Assembly (NCBI GenBank): GCA_038316355.1
Contig: JBBQAO010000006.1
Span: 15,957-79,956, forward strand
DNA from: Burkholderiales bacterium
Lineage (GTDB): Bacteria > Pseudomonadota > Gammaproteobacteria > Burkholderiales > SG8-41
Reading direction: 5' to 3'
DNA length: 64,000 bases
The first letter of the stretch is position 1. Each line of letters opens with the position of its first letter. A program made the translations under genes and the position numbers. Below the pieces are notes generated by a model. It had not been told where the DNA came from. It ran no database searches and saw only the letters and a list, made by a program, of their open reading frames with translations. Below are positions 42,816 to 50,820 of this stretch, piece by piece.

Positions 42816-43607
42816 TCAGTCATTGGTCATACCATCCGCAAGTATTGGGAAAGATACAAAAAAACGCGCCCCCTCGTCCTTGGCGCCTTCCGCCCAAACC
42901 AAACCGCCATGACGGCCAACGATGCGCGCGACGATAGCCAGCCCGGCGCCACCTCCTTCAAATTCATGGGACACATGCAGACGCTGAAAAATCCTGAACA
43001 GCCGGTCAGCAAATTTCATGTCGAAGCCAGCGCCATTGTCGGTTACGCAGATGACGATATCCGTATTCTGCTTCCAGGCCGCGATTTCGATCTGTGGACA
43101 TACGCGTCCGCGCGTGAATTTCACTGCGTTTCCCAGAAGCTGGAAGAGCACCCGGCGCAGCAGCATGCGATCGGCCCAGACCACCGGAAGGTCGCTCACC
43201 TGCCAGTCGATCCGACGATCCAGGATCAGTGGCGCCAGCTCGTCTATGACCTCGCCGATCATCGGTTGCAGGACGACCGGGGATTGCTTGAGTTCGCCGC
43301 TGGTATTACGGGCATAAATGAGAAGGTCATCAACCATCCGTGCCATGTTTGCACACGCCGCAGAAATCTTGTCGAGGCATTGCCTGCTTTCTGCATCAAG
43401 CCCCGCTGTCGCACGGTTGCGGAACATCGCAACGAAGCCGTCAATATGGCGTGCTGGAACACACAACTCATGCGACACCGAATAAATCAGCGCTTCCATG
43501 TCCCGGTTTGCGGCCGCGACGATACGGTCCTGCTGAACCAGCACCGCACCACCGGCCGTTGCTGCCTGGGGCACTGAAGTCCCGTTGCTGTTGTTTTCAT
43601 TGACCAT
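42816..43607 (-). CDS. Short sensor-less histidine kinase (DHp + catalytic domain only)
   Basis: The 263-aa protein has the H-box YSVSHELCVPARHIDGF about 40 aa from the N-terminus and complete N/G1/G2 boxes. I see no recognisable input domain. It lies 42 nt upstream of the REC-PAS-GGDEF-EAL gene on the same strand. Confidence 0.8.
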   Translation of the reverse strand: MVNENNSNGTSVPQAATAGGAVLVQQDRIVAAANRDMEALIYSVSHELCVPARHIDGFVAMFRNRATAGLDAESRQCLDKISAACANMARMVDDLLIYARNTSGELKQSPVVLQPMIGEVIDELAPLILDRRIDWQVSDLPVVWADRMLLRRVLFQLLGNAVKFTRGRVCPQIEIAAWKQNTDIVICVTDNGAGFDMKFADRLFRIFQRLHVSHEFEGGGAGLAIVARIVGRHGGLVWAEGAKDEGARFFVSFPILADGMTND

Positions 43608-43708
43608 ACGATGTTGGGTTGCAGAATTGACGATCGCAGCTAACTGACTGATTTACATTGGTTTTCATGCAACTCCCCGCTCACCGGCATCGGGCGCGCT
43701 TGCTGCCG

Positions 43709-43741
43709 CTACCTTGCTGACACTACCTTGCCGACACTACA
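43709..43741. repeat. 14-bp tandem direct repeat, about 2.4 copies (CTACCTTGCYGACA)
   Basis: The units are 43709-43722, 43723-43736 (one C/T difference) and a partial CTACA at 43737-43741. The repeat lies about 100-135 nt upstream of the minus-strand kinase start. Confidence 0.85.
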
Positions 43742-44017
43742 TTAAGCCCGCCATTTGTTCTTGCCGGCACGATCTCTCCTTACCTGTCGAATACCAGCCG
43801 GCGCCTGACGACTCGTGCCCGCAGCCATCCGCATTCGCAGCCTCTTGGAACGGGGGTCAGCGCATTCACCCTGCCTTTCAGATATCGGCACATGCGGGCC
43901 TGAACTTAAATTTCCCCACCGGCAGTCTCGAAAGGCGGAGGGCATCGTATTCGTTTATCATGCCCGGGCTCACGGTTTTAGCATCCCGCTTGCATGTGAC
44001 TTTCTACCCTTGACTTT

Positions 44018-44077
44018 CTTGGGCACAATCATCTTGGGCACGATCATCTTGGGCACAATCATCTTGGGCACAATCAG
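44018..44077. repeat. 4 x 15-bp head-to-tail tandem repeat (CTTGGGCACAATCAT)
   Basis: The units begin at 44018, 44033, 44048 and 44063. Units 1 and 3 are identical, unit 2 has one A>G change, and unit 4 ends in G instead of T. Confidence 0.95.
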
Positions 44078-44085
44078 TCTGTGGG

Positions 44086-44100
44086 TGGCAACTCTCTTGC
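44086..44100 (+). promoter_or_regulatory. Candidate sigma-54 (RpoN) promoter for the REC-PAS-kinase / NarL-type regulator operon
   Basis: TGGCAA-ctctc-TTGC has exact GG-N10-GC spacing and one mismatch to TGGCAC-N5-TTGC. The GC element lies 47 nt upstream of the ATG at 44147, and the motif starts 9 nt after the tandem-repeat array. Confidence 0.45.
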
Positions 44101-44146
44101 GCTTAGAATTGCTGCAATTAAATACGCAAAGATAGCGATTTCTTCA

Positions 44147-45670
44147 ATGACCCGCCCGCTTCGTCTACTGCTGATTGAAGACTCCGAAGAAGATGCCGAA
44201 CTGCTGCTCGCAGAGATCAAAAGTGGCGGTTACGCAATCACTTGCCTGCGAGTGGACTCTGCCGCCGCCACGCGTCGGGCACTGGCATCAGAGTCATGGA
44301 ACATCGTGATCTCCGACTACTACATGCCCCAGTTCACCGGGCTTGACGCCGTACGGATCGTTCTGGAGCATGACCCCGATCTTCCAGTAATCATCACCTC
44401 CGGCAATATCGGCGAAGATATCGCGGTGGAGGCAATGCGCGCCGGGGCACGCGATTACATGATGAAAAACAATCTTTCCCGCCTGACCCCGGCCATCGAC
44501 CGCGAACTGCACCAGAGCCAGTTCCAGCGCGAGGCACGGCGGGCAAGTCTGGCGCTGGAAGAAAATGAGGCGCGGTTTCGCGCCATTGTCTCGAATATTC
44601 CGGGCATGGTCGTGCAGTTGATAGTCAATGCAGGAGAACCCCTCCGCTTCACTTATGCAAGCGCCGGAATCAAGGATCTGCTTTCCACAACGCCCCAGGC
44701 ACTTCTTGAAAGCAGCGACGTATTCTTCCGCCGGTTGCTTGACGGGGGACCATCTGGTCTGCTTCACCGCCTGGTTGAAAGTACACGGACTCTGCGACCG
44801 TTCTACTGGGAAGGCATGATCAACAACGGCACTGGCGATGTCATCCACTGGCTCGGCGCACACATGAGTCCCTACCCGCTTGGCAGCGGTGCCGTCCAGT
44901 GGGACGGCATCATCCAGAATATTACCCAGCGCAAAAAAGCCGAAATCGAGCTAAGACGCTCGCGTGAGCAACTCTCCGCGCTTTCCGCGCATTTGCAGAA
45001 GGCCAAGGAAACCGAACGCGCAAGGATTTCCCGTGAAGTGCATGACGATATCGGCGGAAACCTTACAGCAATGAAATTCGACGTGCTTTGGCTGATCAAT
45101 CGCCTGGGCAGTTCGGACGCCGAGGCCTTGACCAGGCTACAGTCGCTGGATGCACTCACAGCCCGCACCATGAATACGGCATCCCGCATTGCGCACGACC
45201 TGCGCCCCCCCCTTCTCGATCTGGGCCTGCTTGCCGCAGTGGAATGGGAAGCGTCGGAATTTGCCAAACGCATGGGAATTCCATGCACGATCCAGTGCGA
45301 GGATGAAGAAATCGCGGTTGATCCGGAACGGGCCAATGCGCTGTTCAGCGTCTTCAGGGAAACCCTGACCAACATCACAAAACACTCATCGGCGACCCGC
45401 GTCGACGTGGAAATCGAAATTGACGATGAAAACTGCACCCTTACCGTCGCCGACAACGGCCGCGGCATCACCCAGACGGATTTGCTCAAGGAAAAATCTT
45501 TCGGATTACGCGGTATGCTCGAACATGCGCGCAACCTGGGCGGCGAGATCACCTTTAACAGCAGCCCGAATTACGGCATGACGGTCATTGCACGATTGCC
45601 GCTGACTGTCACCACTCCCGATCAAGACAACCAGTACAGTCAATCAGAATTGCCATGGTTAGAGTCATAA
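44147..45670 (+). CDS. Receiver-PAS-HisKA_3-HATPase hybrid sensor kinase (NarX/DegS-type dimerisation domain)
   Basis: The N-terminal REC domain (LLLIEDSEEDAELL, ISDYYMPQF, MK) is followed by a PAS-like segment, the H-box EVHDDIGGNLTAMK and an ATPase domain. I start it at the ATG at 44147. Confidence 0.85.
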   Translation: MTRPLRLLLIEDSEEDAELLLAEIKSGGYAITCLRVDSAAATRRALASESWNIVISDYYMPQFTGLDAVRIVLEHDPDLPVIITSGNIGEDIAVEAMRAGARDYMMKNNLSRLTPAIDRELHQSQFQREARRASLALEENEARFRAIVSNIPGMVVQLIVNAGEPLRFTYASAGIKDLLSTTPQALLESSDVFFRRLLDGGPSGLLHRLVESTRTLRPFYWEGMINNGTGDVIHWLGAHMSPYPLGSGAVQWDGIIQNITQRKKAEIELRRSREQLSALSAHLQKAKETERARISREVHDDIGGNLTAMKFDVLWLINRLGSSDAEALTRLQSLDALTARTMNTASRIAHDLRPPLLDLGLLAAVEWEASEFAKRMGIPCTIQCEDEEIAVDPERANALFSVFRETLTNITKHSSATRVDVEIEIDDENCTLTVADNGRGITQTDLLKEKSFGLRGMLEHARNLGGEITFNSSPNYGMTVIARLPLTVTTPDQDNQYSQSELPWLES

Positions 45671-46287
45671 TTGTTGACGACCACGCCATCCTCCGTCGGG
45701 GATTGGCACAGATCATCAACGAAAGCGGGACGTTAAGAGTCGAAGGAGAAGCGGAAACCAGCTCCCAGGCACTGAAGGTGCTCAGGAAAACACCGTGCGA
45801 GGTGGTGGTCCTCGACATTTCCCTTCCGGACCGCAACGGTATCGAGACGCTGAAGCTGATCCGCAAGGAATTTCCCCGGTTGAAGATACTGGTACTTTCA
45901 ATGCACCCCGAGAACCAGTATGCGCTGCACGCCCTCAAGGCAGGCGCTGCGGGTTATCTGACCAAACAGAGCGCACCTGCTGAACTGGTGAAAGCGATCG
46001 AGCAGGTCAGCCGCAATCGAAAATACGTAACTGCGGCAGTTGCCGAGGAACTGGCCAACTCGATTGGCGACGACGATATCGAGGCTCCGCACAAGAAATT
46101 ATCGATCCGTGAATACCAGACCCTGTGTCTGATCGCATCGGGAAAATCACTCACGGAAATAGGCCAGCAGATGGCCATCAGTGTCAAGACGGTCAGTGTC
46201 TATCGCGGCCGCGTTCTCGAAAAAATGCGGATGAAACACAATGCGGAGCTGACGCATTACGCGATAAAAAACAATATCGTCAACTAG
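45655..46287 (+). CDS. NarL/FixJ (LuxR-HTH) family response regulator
   Basis: The REC domain (IIVDDH, VLDISLPD, YLTK) is followed by a C-terminal LuxR-type HTH (LSIREYQTLCLIASGKSLTEIGQQMAISVKTVSVYR). The gene overlaps the upstream kinase gene by 16 nt. Confidence 0.9.
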   Translation: MVRVIIVDDHAILRRGLAQIINESGTLRVEGEAETSSQALKVLRKTPCEVVVLDISLPDRNGIETLKLIRKEFPRLKILVLSMHPENQYALHALKAGAAGYLTKQSAPAELVKAIEQVSRNRKYVTAAVAEELANSIGDDDIEAPHKKLSIREYQTLCLIASGKSLTEIGQQMAISVKTVSVYRGRVLEKMRMKHNAELTHYAIKNNIVN

Positions 46288-46375
46288 TTACACCTCTTTT
46301 GAGCAGGATTGCACGGTCGCGATCCCGCCGCGGAAGCCGCCTTCCGCCTCCCCTGCATAAGAAGCGCTTACGGAT

Positions 46376-46403
46376 TCAAGTTTTGCCTGCATCCAGCCGA
46401 TAA
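46376..46403 (+). promoter_or_regulatory. Sigma-28 (FliA)-type promoter upstream of the diguanylate cyclase gene
   Basis: TCAAGTTT-N12-GCCGATAA has a perfect -10 octamer and matches 7 of 8 positions of TAAAGTTT at -35. The spacing is the same as in the fliC promoter in this window. It lies 75 nt upstream of the ATG at 46478. Confidence 0.6.
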
Positions 46404-46477
46404 GTTGACTAATCAGATGAACTTGATCGATCGCTTGGCGTGGTAACGGCTCGCCCAATCGGGAAAAGGGGAACGGG

Positions 46478-48076
46478 ATGGCACGGCAAAGCAAATCGAG
46501 TGAATTGGCACGGCAGACATTGCTGGAACTGGCGGCACGCAAACTCGAGCCCACACCCGACAATTATCGCGCCCTGTATGCTGAGATCGCCGGCATCGAC
46601 GACAGTTGCAAGGACCACAGCCCCGAGACCGTTCTGCGCGATTTTACCGCCCGTCTGCACGGCAACTCGAAGGGCCTGGCGCATCTGGGGAAAACGCTGA
46701 CCGCAGCGGTTGATTCCCGCGACTGGCAGAAAGTGCAGCGCGGTCTGGACCTGCTGGTCGACCGTGCATTTACCCAACACCAACCAGCGGCAGACGGCGC
46801 CGCCGCGCAGCAAGTCACTGCACGGCTATACGCATTGCTCGCACAAACGCTGGAAACAGGTATCAGCACGCAATTGATCGGAACCCCTTCCCTCTTGAGC
46901 GAAGCCGCATCGCTCGCAGAATACCTGCGCGAGGGTGCGGCTGTGGACATGGACAGGCTTCAGCAGCGCCTCAAGTCTCTCTGGCGTGGAATCGAGCTGC
47001 AAGGCAAGCAGCAGACCGGGCTGCAAAGCGCCTTGCTGGATCTGCTACGGCTGATGATCGACAACGTTGGCGAACTGGTCGCCGATGACCGCTGGCTCAC
47101 CGGGCAAATGCAGGTTGTGACGCAGGCGATCACCGGTCCGCTCAGTCTGGACGCGCTGGAGGTGGCGCGGATCAACCTGCAGGAAGTGATTGCGCGGCAA
47201 CGCCAGCTCAAGCAGAGCCTGTCCGAAGTACGTTCCACCCTCAAGCAGATGGTGGTGGCCTTTGTCGACGCATTGGGAAAACTATCGGAGACCACAGGCG
47301 ATTACCACGACAGCATAGAAAATCTCTCGCAGCAGATTCGCCACACCGACGACGTGAACCAGCTCAGCCAATTGCTGGAAGAAGTTCTGCGTGAAACCCG
47401 TGACGTGCAGGCGAGCACCTTACGCTCGCGCCAGGAAGTATTGGACGCACGGCAGAAGGTGGACGAAGCCCAGCGCAAGGCTGCGCAACTCGAAGCCGAA
47501 CTTCAGCAGGTCAGCGAACAGGTGCAGAACGATTACCTGACCGGGACCCTGAACCGGCGGGGGCTGAAGGAAGCCTTTGACCGCGAACTGGCGATCGCCG
47601 AACGGGAAAATACCCCAACCAGCATCGCTCTGCTCGACATCGACAACTTCAAGGACTTGAATGACAACTTCGGTCACCAGGTCGGAGACCGTGTACTCAC
47701 CCACCTTGCCACACTGATCAAGGACACCGTGCGTCCTGGCGACCGGGTTTCGCGTTACGGCGGCGAGGAGTTCCTGATTCTGCTGCCCAATGCAGATATC
47801 GATCAGGCCATGGCAGTGCTGACTCGCCTGCAGCGCGCGCTGACCAAACATTTCTTTCTTAACGATGAAGCGCCGCTGCTGATCACTTTCAGCACCGGTG
47901 TCACGCGCCATCTGCCGGGCGAAACGCAGGATGCGGTGATTAATCGCGCCGACCAGGCCCTCTATCAGGCGAAACGCAGCGGCAAGAACCGGGTTGTAGC
48001 GCTGCTACCCGAAGGCATGGACTGGATACCGGAAACAGGTGCGCCGGCACTCGGTACCAGTGCCGCAGCCGCCTGA
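46478..48076 (+). CDS. Cytoplasmic diguanylate cyclase with a long helical/coiled-coil N-terminal region
   Basis: The C-terminal GGDEF domain has an intact RYGGEEF A-site and an RPGD (RxxD) I-site five residues upstream. The ~360-aa N-terminus is Q/L/E-rich with no transmembrane segment. Confidence 0.85.
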   Translation: MARQSKSSELARQTLLELAARKLEPTPDNYRALYAEIAGIDDSCKDHSPETVLRDFTARLHGNSKGLAHLGKTLTAAVDSRDWQKVQRGLDLLVDRAFTQHQPAADGAAAQQVTARLYALLAQTLETGISTQLIGTPSLLSEAASLAEYLREGAAVDMDRLQQRLKSLWRGIELQGKQQTGLQSALLDLLRLMIDNVGELVADDRWLTGQMQVVTQAITGPLSLDALEVARINLQEVIARQRQLKQSLSEVRSTLKQMVVAFVDALGKLSETTGDYHDSIENLSQQIRHTDDVNQLSQLLEEVLRETRDVQASTLRSRQEVLDARQKVDEAQRKAAQLEAELQQVSEQVQNDYLTGTLNRRGLKEAFDRELAIAERENTPTSIALLDIDNFKDLNDNFGHQVGDRVLTHLATLIKDTVRPGDRVSRYGGEEFLILLPNADIDQAMAVLTRLQRALTKHFFLNDEAPLLITFSTGVTRHLPGETQDAVINRADQALYQAKRSGKNRVVALLPEGMDWIPETGAPALGTSAAAA

Positions 48077-48200
48077 AGCGACTGCAACCGAATTGCCGCC
48101 CTGTTTGGCCTCTATTCAGGGCATGCAGCCACGCCAGTCTTGATACTGTTCTTTTCCATGATTCCTGCGGGTTATGCCCGAATATTCAAAGGAAAGAACA

Positions 48201-49037
48201 ATGGAAAGCAGCGATAAATCGCGATTGAAGCTGATTACGGGCACCTGTGCGCCCGTTCATCTCCGCCACGCAGTGCCCCCAAAGTCCCTGCGCTCGCCCT
48301 ACGGCGCCTATTACCGGCGCATCAAAGCGTATGCAAATCGCATCCGAAAAACAGAAAATATCATTGAAATCATAGATATACTCGATCAAGCCCTGACCGA
48401 AACGCGACGCCTCGAAAACGCTGCCGAAGAACGCACAGCGCCGCACACCATGCACCGCGCAGAGTCGGAAATCCGCGCGCTGAAGGCCGAGCTTGAACAG
48501 TTGCGCGGCCTGGTGCATGTCGATCAACTGACGGGGCTGATGAATCGCGGCGGCTTGCAGGAAAGCTTTGCCCGCGAAGCGGCGCGCGCCGACCGCGCCG
48601 GCCGGGAACTGGCCGTGGCCCTGCTCGACCTCGACGATTTCAAGCTGATCAACGACCGCCATGGACATGCCTCAGGAGACCAGGCGCTGATCCATCTGGC
48701 GGCCATCATCCGCCATTCCATGCGACCCAGCGATGTCGTGGTGCGCTTCGGTGGCGAAGAGTTCCTGTTTCTGCTCCCTGATGCGGACGCGTGTCAGGCG
48801 ACACGAGCATTGCAGCGGGTGCAGGACGACCTTGACCGCAGACCATTACATTTCTCTGGCCAGGGCCTGACCCTGGCATTCAGCGCCGGAATCGCGATGC
48901 GCCGCAACGGGGAAAGCTGCGAAGACGTGGTGGCACGGGCGGATTCAGCCCTCTACGCAGCCAAGCGCGCAGGAAAACGCCAGGTGCGCCGATCGTCGCC
49001 GCCCCTCTCCGTCGGCAGCCCCGTGAAACACGCTTGA
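48201..49037 (+). CDS. Diguanylate cyclase (GGDEF) with a short helical N-terminal domain
   Basis: The protein has the RFGGEEF A-site and an RPSD I-site at canonical spacing. I start it at the ATG at 48201, which is preceded by AAAGGAAAG. Confidence 0.85.
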   Translation: MESSDKSRLKLITGTCAPVHLRHAVPPKSLRSPYGAYYRRIKAYANRIRKTENIIEIIDILDQALTETRRLENAAEERTAPHTMHRAESEIRALKAELEQLRGLVHVDQLTGLMNRGGLQESFAREAARADRAGRELAVALLDLDDFKLINDRHGHASGDQALIHLAAIIRHSMRPSDVVVRFGGEEFLFLLPDADACQATRALQRVQDDLDRRPLHFSGQGLTLAFSAGIAMRRNGESCEDVVARADSALYAAKRAGKRQVRRSSPPLSVGSPVKHA

Positions 49038-49141
49038 GGCAGGCGGCGGATACGGAACCGGCAAATCCGCCTGCACGGTTTACGGTCTTCAAGCTGCCGC
49101 TGCGCTGGTTCCGCAACCGGGTTCCAGGCGCAGCGGGAAAT

Positions 49142-49169
49142 TAAAGTCCTACCTGACCGGTGCCGTAAC
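49142..49169 (+). promoter_or_regulatory. Sigma-28 (FliA) promoter of fliC
   Basis: TAAAGTCC-N12-GCCGTAAC lies about 90 nt upstream of the fliC ATG and resembles TAAAGTTT-N11-GCCGATAA. Confidence 0.75.
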
Positions 49170-49260
49170 TGACTATGACGGCGGTTCACGCACGTGGGTG
49201 TGGCAAACCAAAGTCACGGCACGAAGCCGCTCAAATTCAACCGCCTCAAGGAGAACTGAA

Positions 49261-50715
49261 ATGCAAGTCATCAACACCAATATCGCCTCACTGAACGCGC
49301 AACGCAACCTCAACGCGTCGCAATCTTCGCTCGCGACTTCGCTCGAGCGGCTGTCCACCGGCCTGCGCATCAACAGCGCCAAGGACGATGCAGCCGGTCT
49401 CGCCATCTCCGAACGATTCACGGCACAGATCCGCGGCCTCAATCAGGCCGTGCGCAACGCCAACGACGGCATTTCCCTGGCGCAAACGGCCGAAGGCGCC
49501 CTCGGCGAAATCGGCAACAACCTGCAGCGTATCCGTGAACTTGCGGTGCAGTCCGCCAACAGCACCTACAGCGCCAGCGACCGCGCGTCGCTGGATGCGG
49601 AATCCGCGCAGCTGATTGCCGAAATCACCCGCGTTGCCGGACAGACCGCGTTCAACGGCACCAACCTGCTCGACGGCAGCTTCACTTCGAAATCGTTCCA
49701 GGTCGGTGCCAACGCCAACCAGACGATCACCATCGCCTCAATCTCCGATGCGCGCGCCACCGGCCTCGGCAGCAACGTCCTCACTGCTGCCGGCACTTTG
49801 ATGGGCGCGACCAAGGCTGCAGCCACCGACCTCACCGGCGGCAACACGGTGGCGGTTGAAGCGGGATTGACCGTCACCACGGCCAACGGCGGCACCACGG
49901 CGGCCTTCGGCTACGCAGCAGGTGCCGATGCCAAGGCGATCGCTGCCGCGATCAACACCAATGCGTCCAGCGTCGGCGTCACCGCGACGGCTTCGAACAG
50001 CGCCACACTGAGCGGCATATCCGCCGCGGGCACCGTGAGCTTCACGCTCAACGGCAGTGCGATTTCCGCCGCAGTGACCGATCCGACCGACCTGACCGCG
50101 CTGATGGGTGCAATCAACGGCGCGGCAGGTGCCACCGGGGTTACTGCGAGCTTCTCGTCGACGTCGGCAAAAAGCAGCCTCACGCTGTCGACCACCGACG
50201 GCCGCGACATCAGCGTTCTCGACTATGCCAACTCGACCGCCGGCAACCAGACCGCAACTTTCTCTGCCGTAACGCTGACCGAGGCCAGCACTGATTCCTC
50301 GATCAAGACCGGCTCGGTCTCGGTGGCAAGCAGCAAAGGCGCGATCACGCTGGCCGGACACAATGCCGACGTGTTCAACAGCGCTTCCAGCACCTTCTCC
50401 TCAATGGCATCGGCCAGCCTGTCCAGCGACGCGAATGCGCAACTCGCCATCGCGGTTGTTGACGCCGCGTTGAACCAGATCAATACCATGCGCGGTGATC
50501 TCGGCGCCTATCAGAACCGCTTCTCTTCGACGATCGCCAACCTGCAAACCACGTCGGAGAACCTGTCGGCTTCGCGCAGCCGGATCCAGGACGCCGACTT
50601 CGCTATGGAAACGGCCAACCTGACGCGCGGCCAGATCCTGCAGCAGGCGGGTGTGGCGATGCTGGCGCAAGCCAACGCATTGCCGAACAACGTGTTGTCC
50701 CTGCTCCGCGGCTAA
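49261..50715 (+). CDS. fliC: Flagellin
   Basis: The conserved N-terminus (MQVINTNIASLNAQRNL) and C-terminus (QAGVAMLAQANALPNNVLSLLRG) flank an Ala/Thr/Ser/Gly-rich variable core. An AAGGAG Shine-Dalgarno sequence precedes the ATG at 49261. Confidence 0.95.
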   Translation: MQVINTNIASLNAQRNLNASQSSLATSLERLSTGLRINSAKDDAAGLAISERFTAQIRGLNQAVRNANDGISLAQTAEGALGEIGNNLQRIRELAVQSANSTYSASDRASLDAESAQLIAEITRVAGQTAFNGTNLLDGSFTSKSFQVGANANQTITIASISDARATGLGSNVLTAAGTLMGATKAAATDLTGGNTVAVEAGLTVTTANGGTTAAFGYAAGADAKAIAAAINTNASSVGVTATASNSATLSGISAAGTVSFTLNGSAISAAVTDPTDLTALMGAINGAAGATGVTASFSSTSAKSSLTLSTTDGRDISVLDYANSTAGNQTATFSAVTLTEASTDSSIKTGSVSVASSKGAITLAGHNADVFNSASSTFSSMASASLSSDANAQLAIAVVDAALNQINTMRGDLGAYQNRFSSTIANLQTTSENLSASRSRIQDADFAMETANLTRGQILQQAGVAMLAQANALPNNVLSLLRG

Positions 50716-50728
50716 AGCGGAGATTGAC

Positions 50729-50757
50729 CCGGCCGGCCGCAAGCCGGCCGGAGTTTT
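50729..50757 (+). terminator. Intrinsic terminator after fliC
   Basis: The hairpin CCGGCCGGC-cgcaa-GCCGGCCGG is followed by AGTTTT and begins 14 nt after the fliC stop. Confidence 0.8.
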
Positions 50758-50820
50758 ACCACAGAGATTGTTTTGCCAACCCCCTGCGGGTTGTCAAAAC
50801 AAGTTCAGGAACTGAAAACC

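Noticed and set aside
43815-44135. A 106-aa ORF whose product contains GTIILGTIILGTIILGTISL, from in-frame translation of the 15-bp tandem repeat.
   Set aside because: The repeat length is a multiple of three by chance. The rest of the ORF has no Shine-Dalgarno sequence, no motif and poor composition. It also overlaps the sigma-54-like promoter and leader of the next gene, so a DNA-level repeat is the simpler explanation.
49039-49074. A possible terminator hairpin (GCAGGCGG...CCGCCTGC) after the second cyclase gene.
   Set aside because: It has an 8-bp stem but a loop of about 20 nt and no clean T-tract, so it is too weak to annotate as an intrinsic terminator.
50773-50820. The longer FlaG ORF starting at the TTG at 50773.
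   Set aside because: The TTG lies inside the 15-bp-stem hairpin, has no Shine-Dalgarno sequence, and adds a non-conserved extension. The ATG at 50821 has an AGGA Shine-Dalgarno sequence and gives a normal-length FlaG.
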